Assembly: GCF_000143415.4 (NCBI RefSeq)
Contig: NW_003314262.1
Span: 2,301,046 to 2,365,045, forward strand
Direction: 5' to 3'
Source of the DNA: Selaginella moellendorffii
Lineage: Eukaryota > Plantae > Lycopodiophyta
Length of the DNA: 64,000 bases
A model generated the notes under the pieces. The model saw only the letters and a program-made list of their open reading frames with translations, searched no databases and was not told where the DNA came from. A program made the translations under genes and the position numbers. Positions 9,028 to 21,231 of this stretch are shown one piece after another (within the stretch, counting starts at the first letter, position 1; every line of letters starts with the position of its first letter).

Positions 9028-11114
9028 TCAGCCTACGGGGATGGCTGGCTTCGCACCAGTAAGCTTCTTCAGCAGGACTTCCGAGTATCCTGGAGAGTAG
9101 TAGTGGACAATCTCCACCGGGTAGACGCTGTTGATGAGGTCGATGCACTCGCGCAGCTCCGTGCCCGGCTCGGCTGCCAGGTTCTGGAGCTTCTCAAAGC
9201 CGCCCGACGTCACGAACTTGGCTCTGGCATCACTATCCGCGGCCAACACCTTCGCGAGAGAGCCAAGGACGTACTTGAGTATACCTTCAGGCAGCATTGG
9301 TCCCTGTGACAAAGCCCCGACAGTCTCTCAGCGAAGAAGCTCAAAGAACAAGATGGACGTACCTGTAGCAGCGAATCCAGAGCGGGGAGGTGACTAAGAC
9401 GGTCCGAGAGGTTCTTGAGAGCTTTCTTGCACTTGGACTGGAGGTCCTCACTGCTGGTTTTTGACAGGAAGGTGGCGACCAGGTGTGGGAGCGCTCCGGC
9501 CTCGGCAACGGCAAGAGCGTGGACGGGGCCGTGCTTGCCGATCTGTCCCAGAGCCCATGCGGACGCGCTCTTGATGTGGTCTTCGTGCTCCTGGACGAGT
9601 GCACACACCATCGCCGCCACGCCGCCTGACGCGATGACCGAGCTGGACAGCATCTCGTCGAAGGCGCCAATGTAGCCGACAGCCATTATACCTGTACAGT
9701 CCCCGGCGTTGGTTACTTTGCGGGGAGAAAGGTGGCAGGAAACACAGGACAAAAGGAAAGGTGGCAGGAAACTGGACAGGAAAAAAAGAGAGTACCTGGC
9801 AAGCGCTCGTTGCCGAAAGTGTCCGAAATGTTTTCGATCAAGACGGAGAGTCCACCGGCGCCAACAACAAGCTGGGCGAGCGCTGCCGAGTGCTTGACGA
9901 CCTCGCGTATCAGAGTGGCTCCGTTTCTTCGGAGTTGGGGATCCTGGTCTTTCAAGCAGCCGAACATCTTGGGGAAGATCTCTTGCTCCACAACGGCCTA
10001 CAGTGCGACGAGCAACGATTAGAAACCAAATGAAGATCAGCGAGAGAAAGTGCTCGTGGCCAACCTCTGCTTGATCCTCGACGTGTCTGGCCAGCTGACT
10101 GAGCGCCAAGCAACCCTGGTAGACAAGGAGGTACGCAAATTTTACCAGCTTTGTTTGGACGAGAGAAACTTACCACACGTTTTACTCTGAAGTCATTGTG
10201 CGTGAGGAGCGCGGCAAGGTGTGGTGTAGCTCCAGCTTCGATCACAACTTGGGACAACTCCGGGGTATGTTTTGCTATTTCCGAGAGCGCTGTGCCTGCG
10301 GCTGTTCGCAGCGCAATCTCGGGTTCCTGATAAGTTCATGAGTTTCATCTTAGCAGGATGGAAGAGCTTTTACATACCTGGACGCAAAGAATGAGGAATC
10401 CAATCGCTCGAGCGTCCGCCACGGCCTGGGCGAGACGAGCGTTGTGCCTGGCGATGTTGGCCAGCGTCGAGGCGCCGGCCTCCTTGACGGATGGATCGAA
10501 TTCCTCGAGGCAATGCACCAGTGGCTCCAGAGCTCCAGACTCCACCACCGCCTGTGCCAGGGGCGCCGTGTGCTTGGCCACAGCTCGCAGGACATTCGCG
10601 GCGGCCTTCTTGTTGTGACGATTGATATCTCTGAGAGGTAAGAGGAGAGATGGACGATTCTTTTGGACAGAATTTTTTTGTATGGCGAGTTACCTGAGGG
10701 GGAATAGAACTTGCTGGAGGATTTTCTCTGTGACAAAAACCTCCGCTAGCTCTTCGCTGTAGTTTGCGAGCCGGGAGAGGCCCAGCGCTGCCAATTGCTG
10801 GATTTGTGGGATGCAATCCAGCAAGAGAGGTCGCAGCAGGACCAGAACACCGGCATTGTGGAGAATCTCCACGTTCTGCGATCACAAACAAGCACAGATC
10901 AAGCACGAGGAAGAAGAAAAAGGAATTCTTGGATCTCTATCATATCGAAAGATCTTGTTCCAGCTTACCTTGCATAGAGATTAAGCTGCGGTGTTCTTGG
11001 ATTTAGGCAGTATACCTGTGGCTTTAGAGCGAGCTCCGCGATCGTCCGGGCAAACAGCGTACGCGACTTTTGGAAGCTCTCAACGACCTGGAGAATCGAT
11101 CGTGCAGTCGCCAT
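9028..11114 (-). CDS. SPAG6: Sperm-associated antigen 6 / PF16 armadillo-repeat axonemal central-pair protein, multi-exon
   Basis: N-terminus MATARSILQVVESFQKSRTLFARTIAELALKPQ|..EILHNAGVLVLLRPLLLD; ARM repeats (AKHTAPLAQAVVESGALEPLVHCLEEFDPSVKE, EDHIKSASAWALGQIGKH); C-terminus INSVYPVEIVHYYSPGYSEVLL. Confidence 0.95.
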
Positions 11115-11496
11115 TCCTCTCTACATACCATCGTGCCGCCGCCGTCTCATCGGCCGGTAGCCGGCATTGGACGAGAGCCCCGCGCGCGCGCGCGCCCAAG
11201 AACCCTAAAATATATTTGGCCCTCTTCTTCTCTACTTTGGATCTCTCTCATCGCGCCTAGCTATATGCATTCCCATGAATCCAGGGAACGATTCGAGGCG
11301 GCCACGTGGCGCGCTGGAGGCCGTCGGCGCGCCACTTTAGGCTGACAGTTGAGGCAACCGAAAGGCATGGATGAATTGAGGAAAGAGGAATCACTTTTTT
11401 AAATTTAAAATATTCTTCGTACTGACACGTGGCAAGAAATGTGGTGCTAGGGCTAGAAGAGATTCTAGGGTTCTAGCGAGGGAGAGGAGGGGCAAA

Positions 11497-11840
11497 ATGG
11501 GGGACACGCATGGATTCAATGTGAAGATGAAGGCGCTGGTGCTCAACCAGCCGGTTTTAGTGATCAGCGGCATCGTAGCATCGATCGGTGAGTGGAATTG
11601 AGCGGTCTGTCGCAGTTTGGGGCTCAAAATCTTTGATTTTGGTGGGCAGGATTGATTCTTCCGCTCGTTGTTCCTCCGCTGCGCGAGGCGCTCTACAAAT
11701 CCGAGCAGCCTCCAAACCCCAATCTTAAATCCGTGAGTTTGAGCTTAAGAATCCCTCCTCCTCTTCTCATTTAGATCGATTCTCTTGCGCAGGTCGTTGC
11801 CAACATGACAGGGAAGCCGCCATTGGAGCCACAAAGATGA
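11497..11840 (+). CDS. NDUFA3: Mitochondrial complex I accessory subunit B9/NDUFA3-like, 73 aa (exons 11497-11587, 11650-11732, 11793-11840); absent from the ORF track
   Basis: Two GTGAGT...CAG introns give MGDTHGFNVKMKALVLNQPVLVISGIVASIGLILPLVVPPLREALYKSEQPPNPNLKSVVANMTGKPPLEPQR*. One TM helix; fits the plant B9 pattern (xPV...IGLxLPxVVxP...VVAxMTGK). Confidence 0.85.
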
Positions 11841-11958
11841 TCCATAGCTTCGCGAATTCCCCAGCATTTTTTCCTTTGTTTTGTTTTGGAGAACATTCCA
11901 TTCCATTCATAAAGCTCTAAGAGGTTTTGGGTTTTTAGGGTTCTTGCGCGCCGCGGCC

Positions 11959-12978
11959 ATGGAGATCCACTTCAAATCCGTGCCATTCGACCTCGCATTC
12001 CATCCCTCCTCGCCGCTCGTCGCCGCCGGCCTCGTCTCTGGCCGCATCCACCTCTACAGGTACGCCGATTGCGCCGCCGATGATCGTCCCCCGCCGCGCC
12101 GCCTCTGGTCCTGCCGTCCACACAAGGAGTCCTGCCGCGGCCTCGCCTTCGTCAACGCCGGCGAGATCCTCCTCTCCGTCTCCCCGGATCGCTCCATCGA
12201 CGCCACGGGAGTAGAATCCGGGCAGCGCGTCTCGCGATTCCCCGACGCGCACGACACCGCGATCAACCGCATCGTCAATCTCACCGACACCACCATCGCC
12301 ACGGGCGACGACGGCGGCACCATCAAGATCTGGGACACCCGCCAGAGCCGCTGCGTTGGATCCATCGCCGCGCACGAGGATTTCGTCAGCGATCTCGAGT
12401 TCGTGGGCGAGATGATGGAGCTCCTGAGCGTCAGCGGCGATGGAACGCTAGCAGTGAGCAGCTTGCGAAGGAACAAGGTGGATTTTCGGTCCGAGTTCTC
12501 CGAGGACGAGCTCCTCTCGGTGGTTCTCGCTAAACAACGCACCAAAGTGGTGTGTGGATCGCAAAGTGGAGTTCTATTGCTCTACTCGTGGGGTGAGTTC
12601 CAGGACTGCGACGATCGCTTCGTGGGTCATCCCAGCTCCGTGGATTCCATGCTCAAGCTGGATGAGGCGACGCTCATCACCGGTTCCAGCGATGGGATCA
12701 TCCGCCAAGTTTCCATACTGCCAAACCGGATCACTGGCGTGATTGGCGAGCACTCGGACTTCCCAGTGGAGAGGCTGGCATTTTCGTTTGATAAGTCGGT
12801 GCTGGGAAGCGTTTCTCACGATCAAGTTTTGAAGCTCTGGGACATGACTGGTAACTCCGCCTCTAGCAACGGTGGCTCTGGGAATGCAAGCGTTAGAAAC
12901 GAGAAAGAGATGGACAGGAGGGGGAAGAGTCACGTACCTGGTGGTGGCTCGTCGTCGTTCTTCGCGGATCTACTTTGA
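11959..12978 (+). CDS. WDR55: WD40-repeat protein WDR55/JIP5-like, intronless
   Basis: PFDLAFHPSS, HKESCR, ATGDDGGTIKIWDTRQ, SEFSEDELLSV, DRFVGHPSSVD, GEHSDFPVERL and the C-terminal SFFADL. Confidence 0.93.
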   Translation: MEIHFKSVPFDLAFHPSSPLVAAGLVSGRIHLYRYADCAADDRPPPRRLWSCRPHKESCRGLAFVNAGEILLSVSPDRSIDATGVESGQRVSRFPDAHDTAINRIVNLTDTTIATGDDGGTIKIWDTRQSRCVGSIAAHEDFVSDLEFVGEMMELLSVSGDGTLAVSSLRRNKVDFRSEFSEDELLSVVLAKQRTKVVCGSQSGVLLLYSWGEFQDCDDRFVGHPSSVDSMLKLDEATLITGSSDGIIRQVSILPNRITGVIGEHSDFPVERLAFSFDKSVLGSVSHDQVLKLWDMTGNSASSNGGSGNASVRNEKEMDRRGKSHVPGGGSSSFFADLL

Positions 12979-12986
12979 GGAGCTTT

Positions 12987-15242
12987 TCACTCGTCTAGGC
13001 ATGTAGCGCGTAGCCGATCCAGTGTAGCGCTCAAGCCGGCAGCTTTCATGGATTTGATCTGCCATCTCTCGGCTTTTGTTGGAGGGACCTTGACCTCTTC
13101 CTCTTTTTTGTTCGCTGGCTCAGGAAGGAAACCATTCTCTGGAGTAGAGAGTTTTGGAAGTTTGAAAATTTGAAGGAGAGTTTCATACCAGAAGGTGTCG
13201 TCTTTGTGTTCTGTGTGCTCGTTGTGCTGTTCCCACCTTGGAGTATGTGCGCCTCCACAAGGAGTGAAATATCCGTCTGGTGTCATAGAGAAACTTTAGT
13301 GCCAAAACCACGTCCACGGCATTTACCTCGAGCGAGCCATCTTCCTGGTAAGGCTCGGGGAATTCCGACTCCTCATTTATTCTTTCCAGTGGATGGTCCG
13401 GGACTGAAACCAGTTTCACAACCTTCGAGTTATTGTCGCAGCTTGCAACCTTTCCCACCTGTTAAACAAATACACAGGCTTTAAGGACTAAAAAGACTTG
13501 CGGAATGGAGATTTACTCTGAATGAAGAAACCTCCGGTGTTCCAGATGTGGATAGCTCCACCAGTTTGTAAGCAAGAACATCTCCCTCCTGCCGCAAATT
13601 AAAAACTTCCGTCAAGTACAACAGGTTCTGGAATCAATTTAAACCTCTGGAATGCCTTGCAGCAGCGGAAGGCTGTTAAAATCGAGCGTTGCCTCTGCAG
13701 TGGTCTTGTCTTCTTGGACTGTTCTTGCTTCTTCTCCCACTGTGCTGTTCCACGTTCTCTCCTGGCGTCCTGATCGCTTCTGCTGGCCCCAACTCTGCCC
13801 CTGCTTCTTGCTTTTAAGTCCACCACCAAAATTCATAGGCTGCAAAAAAACCGGTTGTTCAATTATCAAGCAAACATCTCTAACACCAAGCTTACCACAG
13901 GAGTGCTCTCGTTTTCATCTGCACAGCCATTTCACGAGTCAGAATCTTACTCTTGAGAGAAGCTCACATACCAGAATCAAGAGGTTCAAATCGTATATGC
14001 CCGGGAGCTACTACCGTAGGCTTCACAACTTGCTCCTCTGGCAACTGAATGTCAACTGCAGTGTTTTCACGACCAACCTGCAATGGAAATAGTGTTTGGG
14101 ACACATGAGAAAACAAGCAACTCACTTCCGCAGCCTGTGCGAGCTTGTTCGCTCTTAGCCAAGCACGTTTTGCTTTCTTCCTTCGAGAACTCCTACTAAT
14201 GGTCTGCAATACAATCTTCGCTGAGTATCTTTCAATAATAAGCGTCTACCTTTTCTTGTGCTTCGTTGTTCTTGGGCTCATCATTTCTGATATGTCATAA
14301 GACGTGAGAACAACTTATGCCACAAGACAACAAGCGTACACGAGAGCCTAAAATGTGTACCTGGGCTCATCTTTTTGGACTTCATGTTTATCGTCTTCTG
14401 AGCTGTCGTCCTCCTCTTCTTCGATCTTTCTCTTCTTTTTCTTGGTCTTCTTGCTCGACAACACCTCACCGTTTTCGGTTTCATCTTTCTCTGCTTGTTT
14501 CCTGCAAATCGGCGCTATAGAAACAACGCACAAATATATCACACAATATTACCTTCTTTTCGGCTTCTTGTCAACATTGGCGGTCTTACGTTTGAAAACT
14601 TTGGCCACGGGTTTTAACATCTTTTTCAGCCTAAAGAATGTTCTCAAGTCACAAAGGCAGCAAAGAAAAAAAAACACGGTACCTCTCTTTCATTTGCAAA
14701 GACCTTGGCCTTCTCGGAAAATCTTCGTCGATGGAAGCTGTCTGTGCGAGCCCTTCGTCTTCGCTTTTGTATCCGCCCGACTCCTTTTCAAACTCATCTT
14801 GAGCGCAAATTCTCAGCACTTTGTTGCCATCGTCTTCTTCTGGGAGCTGTCCCCATTTCAAAGGCGCGTGTGGAGGAAATTCCAAAGGCTTCACACTGCA
14901 AAACAAACGATTACATTTTCAAGAGAAGGAACGAACATTGAAAGAACTTACGTGATGATATCCTTGTCACTCAGCAAGCCGATCGATTGCAAGGGCGGCA
15001 GGGCGAAATCTTCCATCTGGTCGATCGATTAAGAGGCCTACATTCACTTCTTACATGCTTACCAGGAGAAGAACACCGTAAGGACAAGAACGCTGTAAGT
15101 GGAAGAACGATACAATTCCCGCGGCGAGATCAGCGATTGTCGCCATGGAATCCGAGACCGAGAACCACCACTGCAGCATGCCCTGCGAATTCTTCGCGAG
15201 GCCGCAAGCGCCATCGAAGCGGAGACGAAGCCTCAATGCCAT
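12987..15242 (-). CDS. COIL: Coilin (Cajal body scaffold), multi-exon
   Basis: N-terminal LRLRLRFD...TIADLAAGIVSFFHLQRSCPYGVLLL|MEDFALPPLQSIGLLSDKDII; SRSSRRKKAKRAWLR; VVAPGHIRFEPLD; Tudor-like DFNSLPLLQGIPEVGDVLAYKLVELS...PEVSSFR. Confidence 0.92.
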
Positions 15243-15339
15243 AGCCCTAAAACCATAAACCCTAATAGACCACTTCAAATTTTCCCGCTACTTTTTGCTA
15301 CCTAGGGTTCTTCAGATCGCGCGCGACCGTGGCGTGGCG
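15243..15339. promoter_or_regulatory. 97-bp bidirectional promoter (coilin / CDC7) with telo-box and E2F site
   Basis: Divergent ATGs at 15242 (-) and 15340 (+); AAACCCTAA at 15257-15265; TTTCCCGC at 15281-15288. Confidence 0.75.
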
Positions 15340-17863
15340 ATGGCGGGATTCTCCATCGCATTGCTCTCGCGATTTCGCGGCTACATTCGCAGGAAGCTGG
15401 ATGTGGATCCATCGCAGGTAGGCAGCTGTCTGGAGAAAAGAAGGCGACCAGAGGAAGAGCCGCCGCCTCCTCTCAAGGGAAAAGCCAGAAGGCTCTTCAT
15501 CTCCTGCCCTGACGCCGATAGGTGCGATCCTGGTGCTGTGGAGTGCGAGGCAAAAGAAGATCTGGAGGTCTCCCGCGCCAATCGAGACGGTAATCAGGGC
15601 AAAGGAAATGGTGTCGCCGCGGACGTGGATTCTTTGCCGGTAGATCAAAGGGCTTGTCTCGAAGCCCCAAATCCAGATCTCCAAGGTGAGACTGTCCTCG
15701 AATTCGAGGCTTCAAATTTAGTTCCCGACAACGAGGATCAAAGGCAAGAGGTCGCTCATGAGCTTGTTCCGATAGCGCCACACAGTGATGATGCTAAAGC
15801 CATCGACGAAGTTTTCCACCATAGAACAAAGGTAGCCTTCTTTTGCGGCTTTCTTTCTAGCCTAACTTCTGGCTTTCATAGGGACCAATCCCCATTCCAA
15901 ATTTGCAGAACTACAGGATAGAAGGCGTGGAAGGCTCGGGTAATTCTTTTCCTCTTTCTCATTTTAATTCTTTCGCTCTAGATTCCAGCCTCTAACTTTA
16001 TATTTTCAGGAGCTTATAGCGTGGTTTTTAAGGCGAGGCGCTTTGGAGATGGCCGGCTCTTTGCTATCAAGTGTGCGTTGTTTCTTAGTATATCTTTTGG
16101 GCCAGGGCTTTTGCTAACGATTCTCACAGGTCCACTTCAAGGAGATAAAATTGCTGCGAGTGTTGACAAGGAGATAAAATTGCTGAAGTTGTTTGGGTGG
16201 GCTTATCTTTATTCTCGTAAGATTTCGTTTGATGTTTCTGCTTTACATAGAGGCAAGCACAGCATAATCAGATTGGAGGAAGTCATTAGAGACGGTGAAA
16301 AGCAATATCTTGTTCTGGAACATGTCGAATACGACAGCATTCAGGTTTTACACTATACTTCTACTTCCTAGACTAACTTAATTTTTTGACAGTCGCTGAA
16401 GAAAGATATTAGTATGAATGATCTCCGATCGTATGGTTTTCATCTGTTCAAAGCGCTGAATTACATGCACCAAAAGGTTGGCCTGTTTTTTTCTTGTCAA
16501 CACTGTTTTTACATTTGAACTTCTGCAGAACGTTATACACAGGGATGTGAAGCCAGGAAATTTTCTCTATTCAAGGAAAAGCAAAGTGGGGCATTTAGTA
16601 GATTTTAATCTTGCATTGGTACGCTTTTATAGTTTTATTATCTAGAGTGAATGCTAGCTTTCGTTATTGCAAGGAACAGGATCTCGCTGGAAGGGCTAAA
16701 AGTAAGCATTCTATTGGCAATTTATTCTAGCAATTTATGGAAAGTTCTTTATGTGATCAGGAAGACTGCCAAACCAAAACAGACAGATGCAATGCAGTCT
16801 GCCAGCCGACATTACTTTCACAGAGGAACGGAACGCCTTATTACAGTGCTCTCGACTGGAGGCAGACGCCGAAGATTTCGATAAAATGCTAAAGAGATTA
16901 CGTTCGGCTGACTATAAGTCTCAGGTAGGCTATTCCATGTTGTGCTATAACTTCTTGAGCTGCATTTCTGCTCTTTAGGAACACATGCAGCCCGTCCAGA
17001 TGACAAGAAAGCCTCTCAGGGAATATGTGACGAGCAATATTCCTTCCAACCAGGCTCGCAAGAGAGTGGGTTTGAAGCCGACGTTAGTCACAGATATCAA
17101 GCCGCTCGCAACAATCTATCCGTCTTGTTCTCTCGACCGACGTAAGCATTTGTTCTACAGCCGTGCTGACCCTCTGACATTTTAAAACCAGGGAGAATAG
17201 CTTGCGTTGGAACAAAAGGATATGGGGCCCCAGAGGTACTTAGCTGATTTTTCCTGCAGTTTTTCATTCTATTTGGTCACTTGGATACAGGTTTTGCTGG
17301 GTTCTCCACAAACTGTAAAGGTTGATATCTGGTCCGCTGCCGTAACGCTACTCCAGATCGCAACTGGAAGGCTGCCCTTTTCTAACGGTGGAGTCCCCAA
17401 GTACGACCATCTGTTGCATTTAAGAAACTTCTCTTATTGCTCTTCATACGCATGCTGCAGGACAATCCAGGAGATTGCAAAGCTATGTGGTACAAGGGAG
17501 TTGAAAGAACTCGTGGGAACCAAAAAAACGTGCTTCCTTGAGGTAGAACGATTTTGTTTTTTATCTCTCTTTCTTGGTTTTATCAAAAGGTTGCCGTTCA
17601 GGAACTTAAGCACGATTGTGATGGTACCTCCATATCCGAGTGGATCAAATCACCTGAACTACCTTCTTCTTTTCTCGACCTGATCAGCAAGTGCCTGAAA
17701 GCTAACCCCGAAGAGAGGATAAGCGCTCGCGAGGCAATGCAGCACGAGTTTTTCTCTCCTTGTTTGAGAGCAAGGAAAGCTCCTGAGCACCGGCTGGTAA
17801 GTTCTTATTTGCAGCTACATGATGCTCACTCGGCTTTGTCTCATATAGCCTCTACGCGCTTGA
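15340..17863 (+). CDS. CDC7: CDC7-like Ser/Thr kinase, many short exons
   Basis: YRIEGVEGSG|AYSVVFKARR...FAIK|CP; LVLEHVEYD; VIHRDVKPGNFL; LVDFNLA; long kinase insert; GTKGYGAPE; VDIWSAAVTLL; NPEERISAREAMQHEFF. The last exon and stop are approximate. Confidence 0.88.
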
Positions 17864-19512
17864 ACGAGACAAACCGTGCACGACCGACCAGCCAAGGTTA
17901 ATACCCTGCGGGGCTTTCAATCGCAGTACGACTCAGCAGTGTTATGGATTCGCAGGTAGTGGCGCCAGTTAGCAACGCTCTGGAACCAGCACTCACCATG
18001 GAAGCAGGCAAGTCGAAGCTCGTTAAAGCCATTATATTTCTCCTTGACAGCAAACATTATGATTACACGCAGGCATGAGCCACACCGCGTTTTATCTCAA
18101 GACAACGTAACATGGTACAGAGTTTCGTCAGGCACTTAAAGGGAGTTCATACGCTCCACAAGGATCAAAATCGACCATTTTGGAGCTTGGAACGGCGCGA
18201 TGGGTAAGCCAAACGACCGAGAGAGTAGCAGTGAGAAGTGAGTGAAGCGATTGACGTGAGTGAAAGGTCTCTCCGAGTTTGGAGCAAGTTGTTTTCTTTT
18301 CCTTTCCCAGGCATTATAATGCGAGTGAAGATGGATGAGCTCCATCTCCACGAACAATCTCCATCGGGGAGATAACGCCGAGATTGAAGGAGGACGTGAG
18401 GACACGCGTTTCGGACCAGGTATGCATGCATACGTGCATCTCTTTCATTCTTTTCAAAGAAATCAAGCTACAGGGAGAAACATTATTGTGTGGTTTTCGA
18501 TTTCTTGCCACAGGTCAATGCAAAACATTCATGGATCATAACAACGCAATCAAACGATCTCCCAGAGCGAAATTAAACGCAGAGGAGAAAGCAAGGCCCA
18601 AGCCGAGCGAGCGAGAAAGAGAAAGAGTTAATTTAGCTCGGTTGCTACCTGTAAGTGTTTTGATGGCCACCTTGATTGCATATGAAAAACTAAGAGCCTT
18701 GTTACAACTTGTCTATCAATATCTGGAGCTGGGCTGGAGATTACTTTTAAACTTTTCTAAAATAATAGTAATAATAATGGTTGAAACATCAGTCGCGTGC
18801 ACACGCACAATTTCAAAGAATTGATTGTTGGTGTCTGTGTGTGCATGCAGGCAGCATATGGTCGAATTTGGAATATACGGACGGCTGCTACTTGGGAATC
18901 ATTTGGCTGGACTCCAATAACAACAGTGAAAGGGAAGTGCATATGATTTGTTTATGTTTTTCTTTTCTGTTCCGCGGATCGTTCAAACCGAAAGGCATCA
19001 CCCTAACAATCAGACTGATGTGTGATATGTGCCTACATTAACTCGAGGTTTCATATGAGGATCATGATTCCCCACGCAACATATCTATTCCATTCAATCT
19101 GAAAACATTCCACATTGAATTGTTGCGATGGAGACTGCAGCTTCATGTGTCCTTTGCTGTTTTCCTCTCCTTTTTCTAATTATACTCTCAATTTTTTATT
19201 TATTATATCATCATCTTCACAGAACTCACACAGAATTTGAAAAGCGGTTTTAAATAAGTAGAAAAGAATTCGAAAAACTTTAAAATACTTGCAAGTTGCT
19301 GCACTTCAAAAGTTCGTGTCTAAAGTTTTCGGGCAGAGCCGATGTTTCTTGATCATCTTTTTGATCATTACAATTGATGTCTTATATGGTAAACTGCTTT
19401 GCTTTGAGAAAAGTTAAATATTGATACAATCATAGTCTAGCATGGAGAAACATCCAACGTTTTCAACTCAAGAGAGCACTAATCCTAGAAGATAATGCCG
19501 ACTACTGGATCG

Positions 19513-21231
19513 TCACAGCAGCAAGTGCTCCACTGGACACTGCTGGATCGTCGCAACGCAGCGCTTGTGCTTGAACAGGGCATGCTGCAGCGTCTCGGTG
19601 AGCACCAGCGGCGAGGACGAGCTCGCGGACGAACTCCTCCTGGATCCCAGCAGCAGCACCGAGTCCGCGATCGAGGCCGGGCTCATCGCCACCACCGAGC
19701 TCGTCGCGATCGCCATGGAAGCCAAGTTACACGACGAGGAAGCACAAGAAGAAGAAGAAGAGGACGAGGAAGAAGAACAAGGAGAAGAGATGGCTATGGA
19801 GGAACTGGGCGATGAGGAAAACGGAAACATCCTGGCCTGGTGATTAAGAGGCACGTTAAGGCAGTGATTATTAGCGCCATAATTCCCATGCCCTCCATTA
19901 CCAACGGCCTCAAGAAGCTGGACCTGTATCTGGAGGAACTTGACGAACCGTATGGCCTCGTCCAGCATCGACGCCGTATCCAGCTTGTTCCCGCCCGGGA
20001 CCAGCTTCTCCAGCTCCCGGACCCTCTCGCTGATCTTCTTCCGCCGCTGCCTCGCCGCGATGCTTTGCGGCTCCACCGTCTCCTTGAATCGATACGAGAA
20101 AGATCCATGGCCGCCACCGCCGCTGCCAGTGCTGGTAGTGGTGGTGGCGCTGCTGCTGGTGATGGTGCTGCTTGGATTCCGAGCCGAAGCTGCGACTGGA
20201 GATACTGGAGATGGATTCCTCGCCACACTGCTGTTGATCTGGAGGAGCATTGCCTCGGACAATTTGGCCGCCACTCCGACGTTGTGGAAGATCACCGAGT
20301 GGTGCTGGAGTGACTCGGAGACGTTCTGGAGCGTGAAGCATCCACGCTGACGCTTGTTGGACTGATGAGACGCTGCCATTGGAGGGGAGGCTTCGACCTC
20401 CATGAGCTTGGGCTGCTCCTTGCTGCTGCAAAGCTCGCGGCGATCGATCATGTCGATATCGGTGTGATCATCGTCACTGCAAGGCGCGTGGCGAGCACCG
20501 GGGACAAGCTCCTGCTCGGGGACGTGACGATCATCGCCGGCTCGGGGAGCGTTTTCTTGCTGCTGGATCATGACCTCGTGAGCTCGAGAATGCGGGTGGT
20601 GGTGATCGAGCAAGCTGCCGAGGATGATCACGTCGTCATGGGACGAGGCAGTGCCACCGGGGAGGAGGTCGAACGATGGCGGCGAGGAGGAGGATCCCGA
20701 GAGCTTGGAGAAGTGATCCACAGGCTCTGGGATATGCAGCAGACCCGGGAGAGACTCGTACTGGAGAAAGTGCCAAGATTCGAGCAGCGACGCGGCGCCG
20801 TGGAGATCGACCGGGGGCGGTGGCGGAGGAGGAGGATGATCGAAGCCAGCGGCGGTGGTGTAAGCGGCGGCTTGCTCCACGATGGACGAGGCGGGGCTGC
20901 TGTCGGTGGAGCCAGCGCCAGCGCCAGCGCCGCCAAATTCGAGGAAGCACGACGCGCCGCCGCAAGAAGACGAGATGATGGACAGGTTCTCGGAGGCGGA
21001 GCCGGGGCTGTGATTCTTGGCAGGAATTCCGAAGGAATCGGTGTCGGAAGGCGAGAGGAGATGGTCGCAGGTGCTGGAGGCGGCGTCGAGCGAGAAAGAA
21101 GGGCATTGATGGTGGTGCTGATGATGATCCTGGGAGAAAGCGCAGCAGAAGGAGCCGCTGCTGACGAGCTGATTGAGCGACTCGTCGTCGTGCGCGAATT
21201 CGCCAAACACATCGCCCTGGAATGGATCCAT
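19513..21231 (-). CDS. bHLH transcription factor of subfamily VIII, probably VIIIa (BONOBO-like), intronless, 572 aa
   Basis: b[59 protein letters not shown]-terminal [16 protein letters not shown] resembles the VIIIa C-terminal motif (IQEKLYxxxxCLV). Confidence 0.9.
   Translation of the reverse strand: MDPFQGDVFGEFAHDDESLNQLVSSGSFCCAFSQDHHQHHHQCPSFSLDAASSTCDHLLSPSDTDSFGIPAKNHSPGSASENLSIISSSCGGASCFLEFGGAGAGAGSTDSSPASSIVEQAAAYTTAAGFDHPPPPPPPPVDLHGAASLLESWHFLQYESLPGLLHIPEPVDHFSKLSGSSSSPPSFDLLPGGTASSHDDVIILGSLLDHHHPHSRAHEVMIQQQENAPRAGDDRHVPEQELVPGARHAPCSDDDHTDIDMIDRRELCSSKEQPKLMEVEASPPMAASHQSNKRQRGCFTLQNVSESLQHHSVIFHNVGVAAKLSEAMLLQINSSVARNPSPVSPVAASARNPSSTITSSSATTTTSTGSGGGGHGSFSYRFKETVEPQSIAARQRRKKISERVRELEKLVPGGNKLDTASMLDEAIRFVKFLQIQVQLLEAVGNGGHGNYGANNHCLNVPLNHQARMFPFSSSPSSSIAISSPCSSSSSSSSSSCASSSCNLASMAIATSSVVAMSPASIADSVLLLGSRRSSSASSSSPLVLTETLQHALFKHKRCVATIQQCPVEHLLL

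Noticed and set aside
9028-21231. SPAG6 plus BONOBO-like bHLH as a male-germline gene cluster
   Set aside because: Separated by four unrelated housekeeping genes; proximity is expected by chance in such a gene-dense region.
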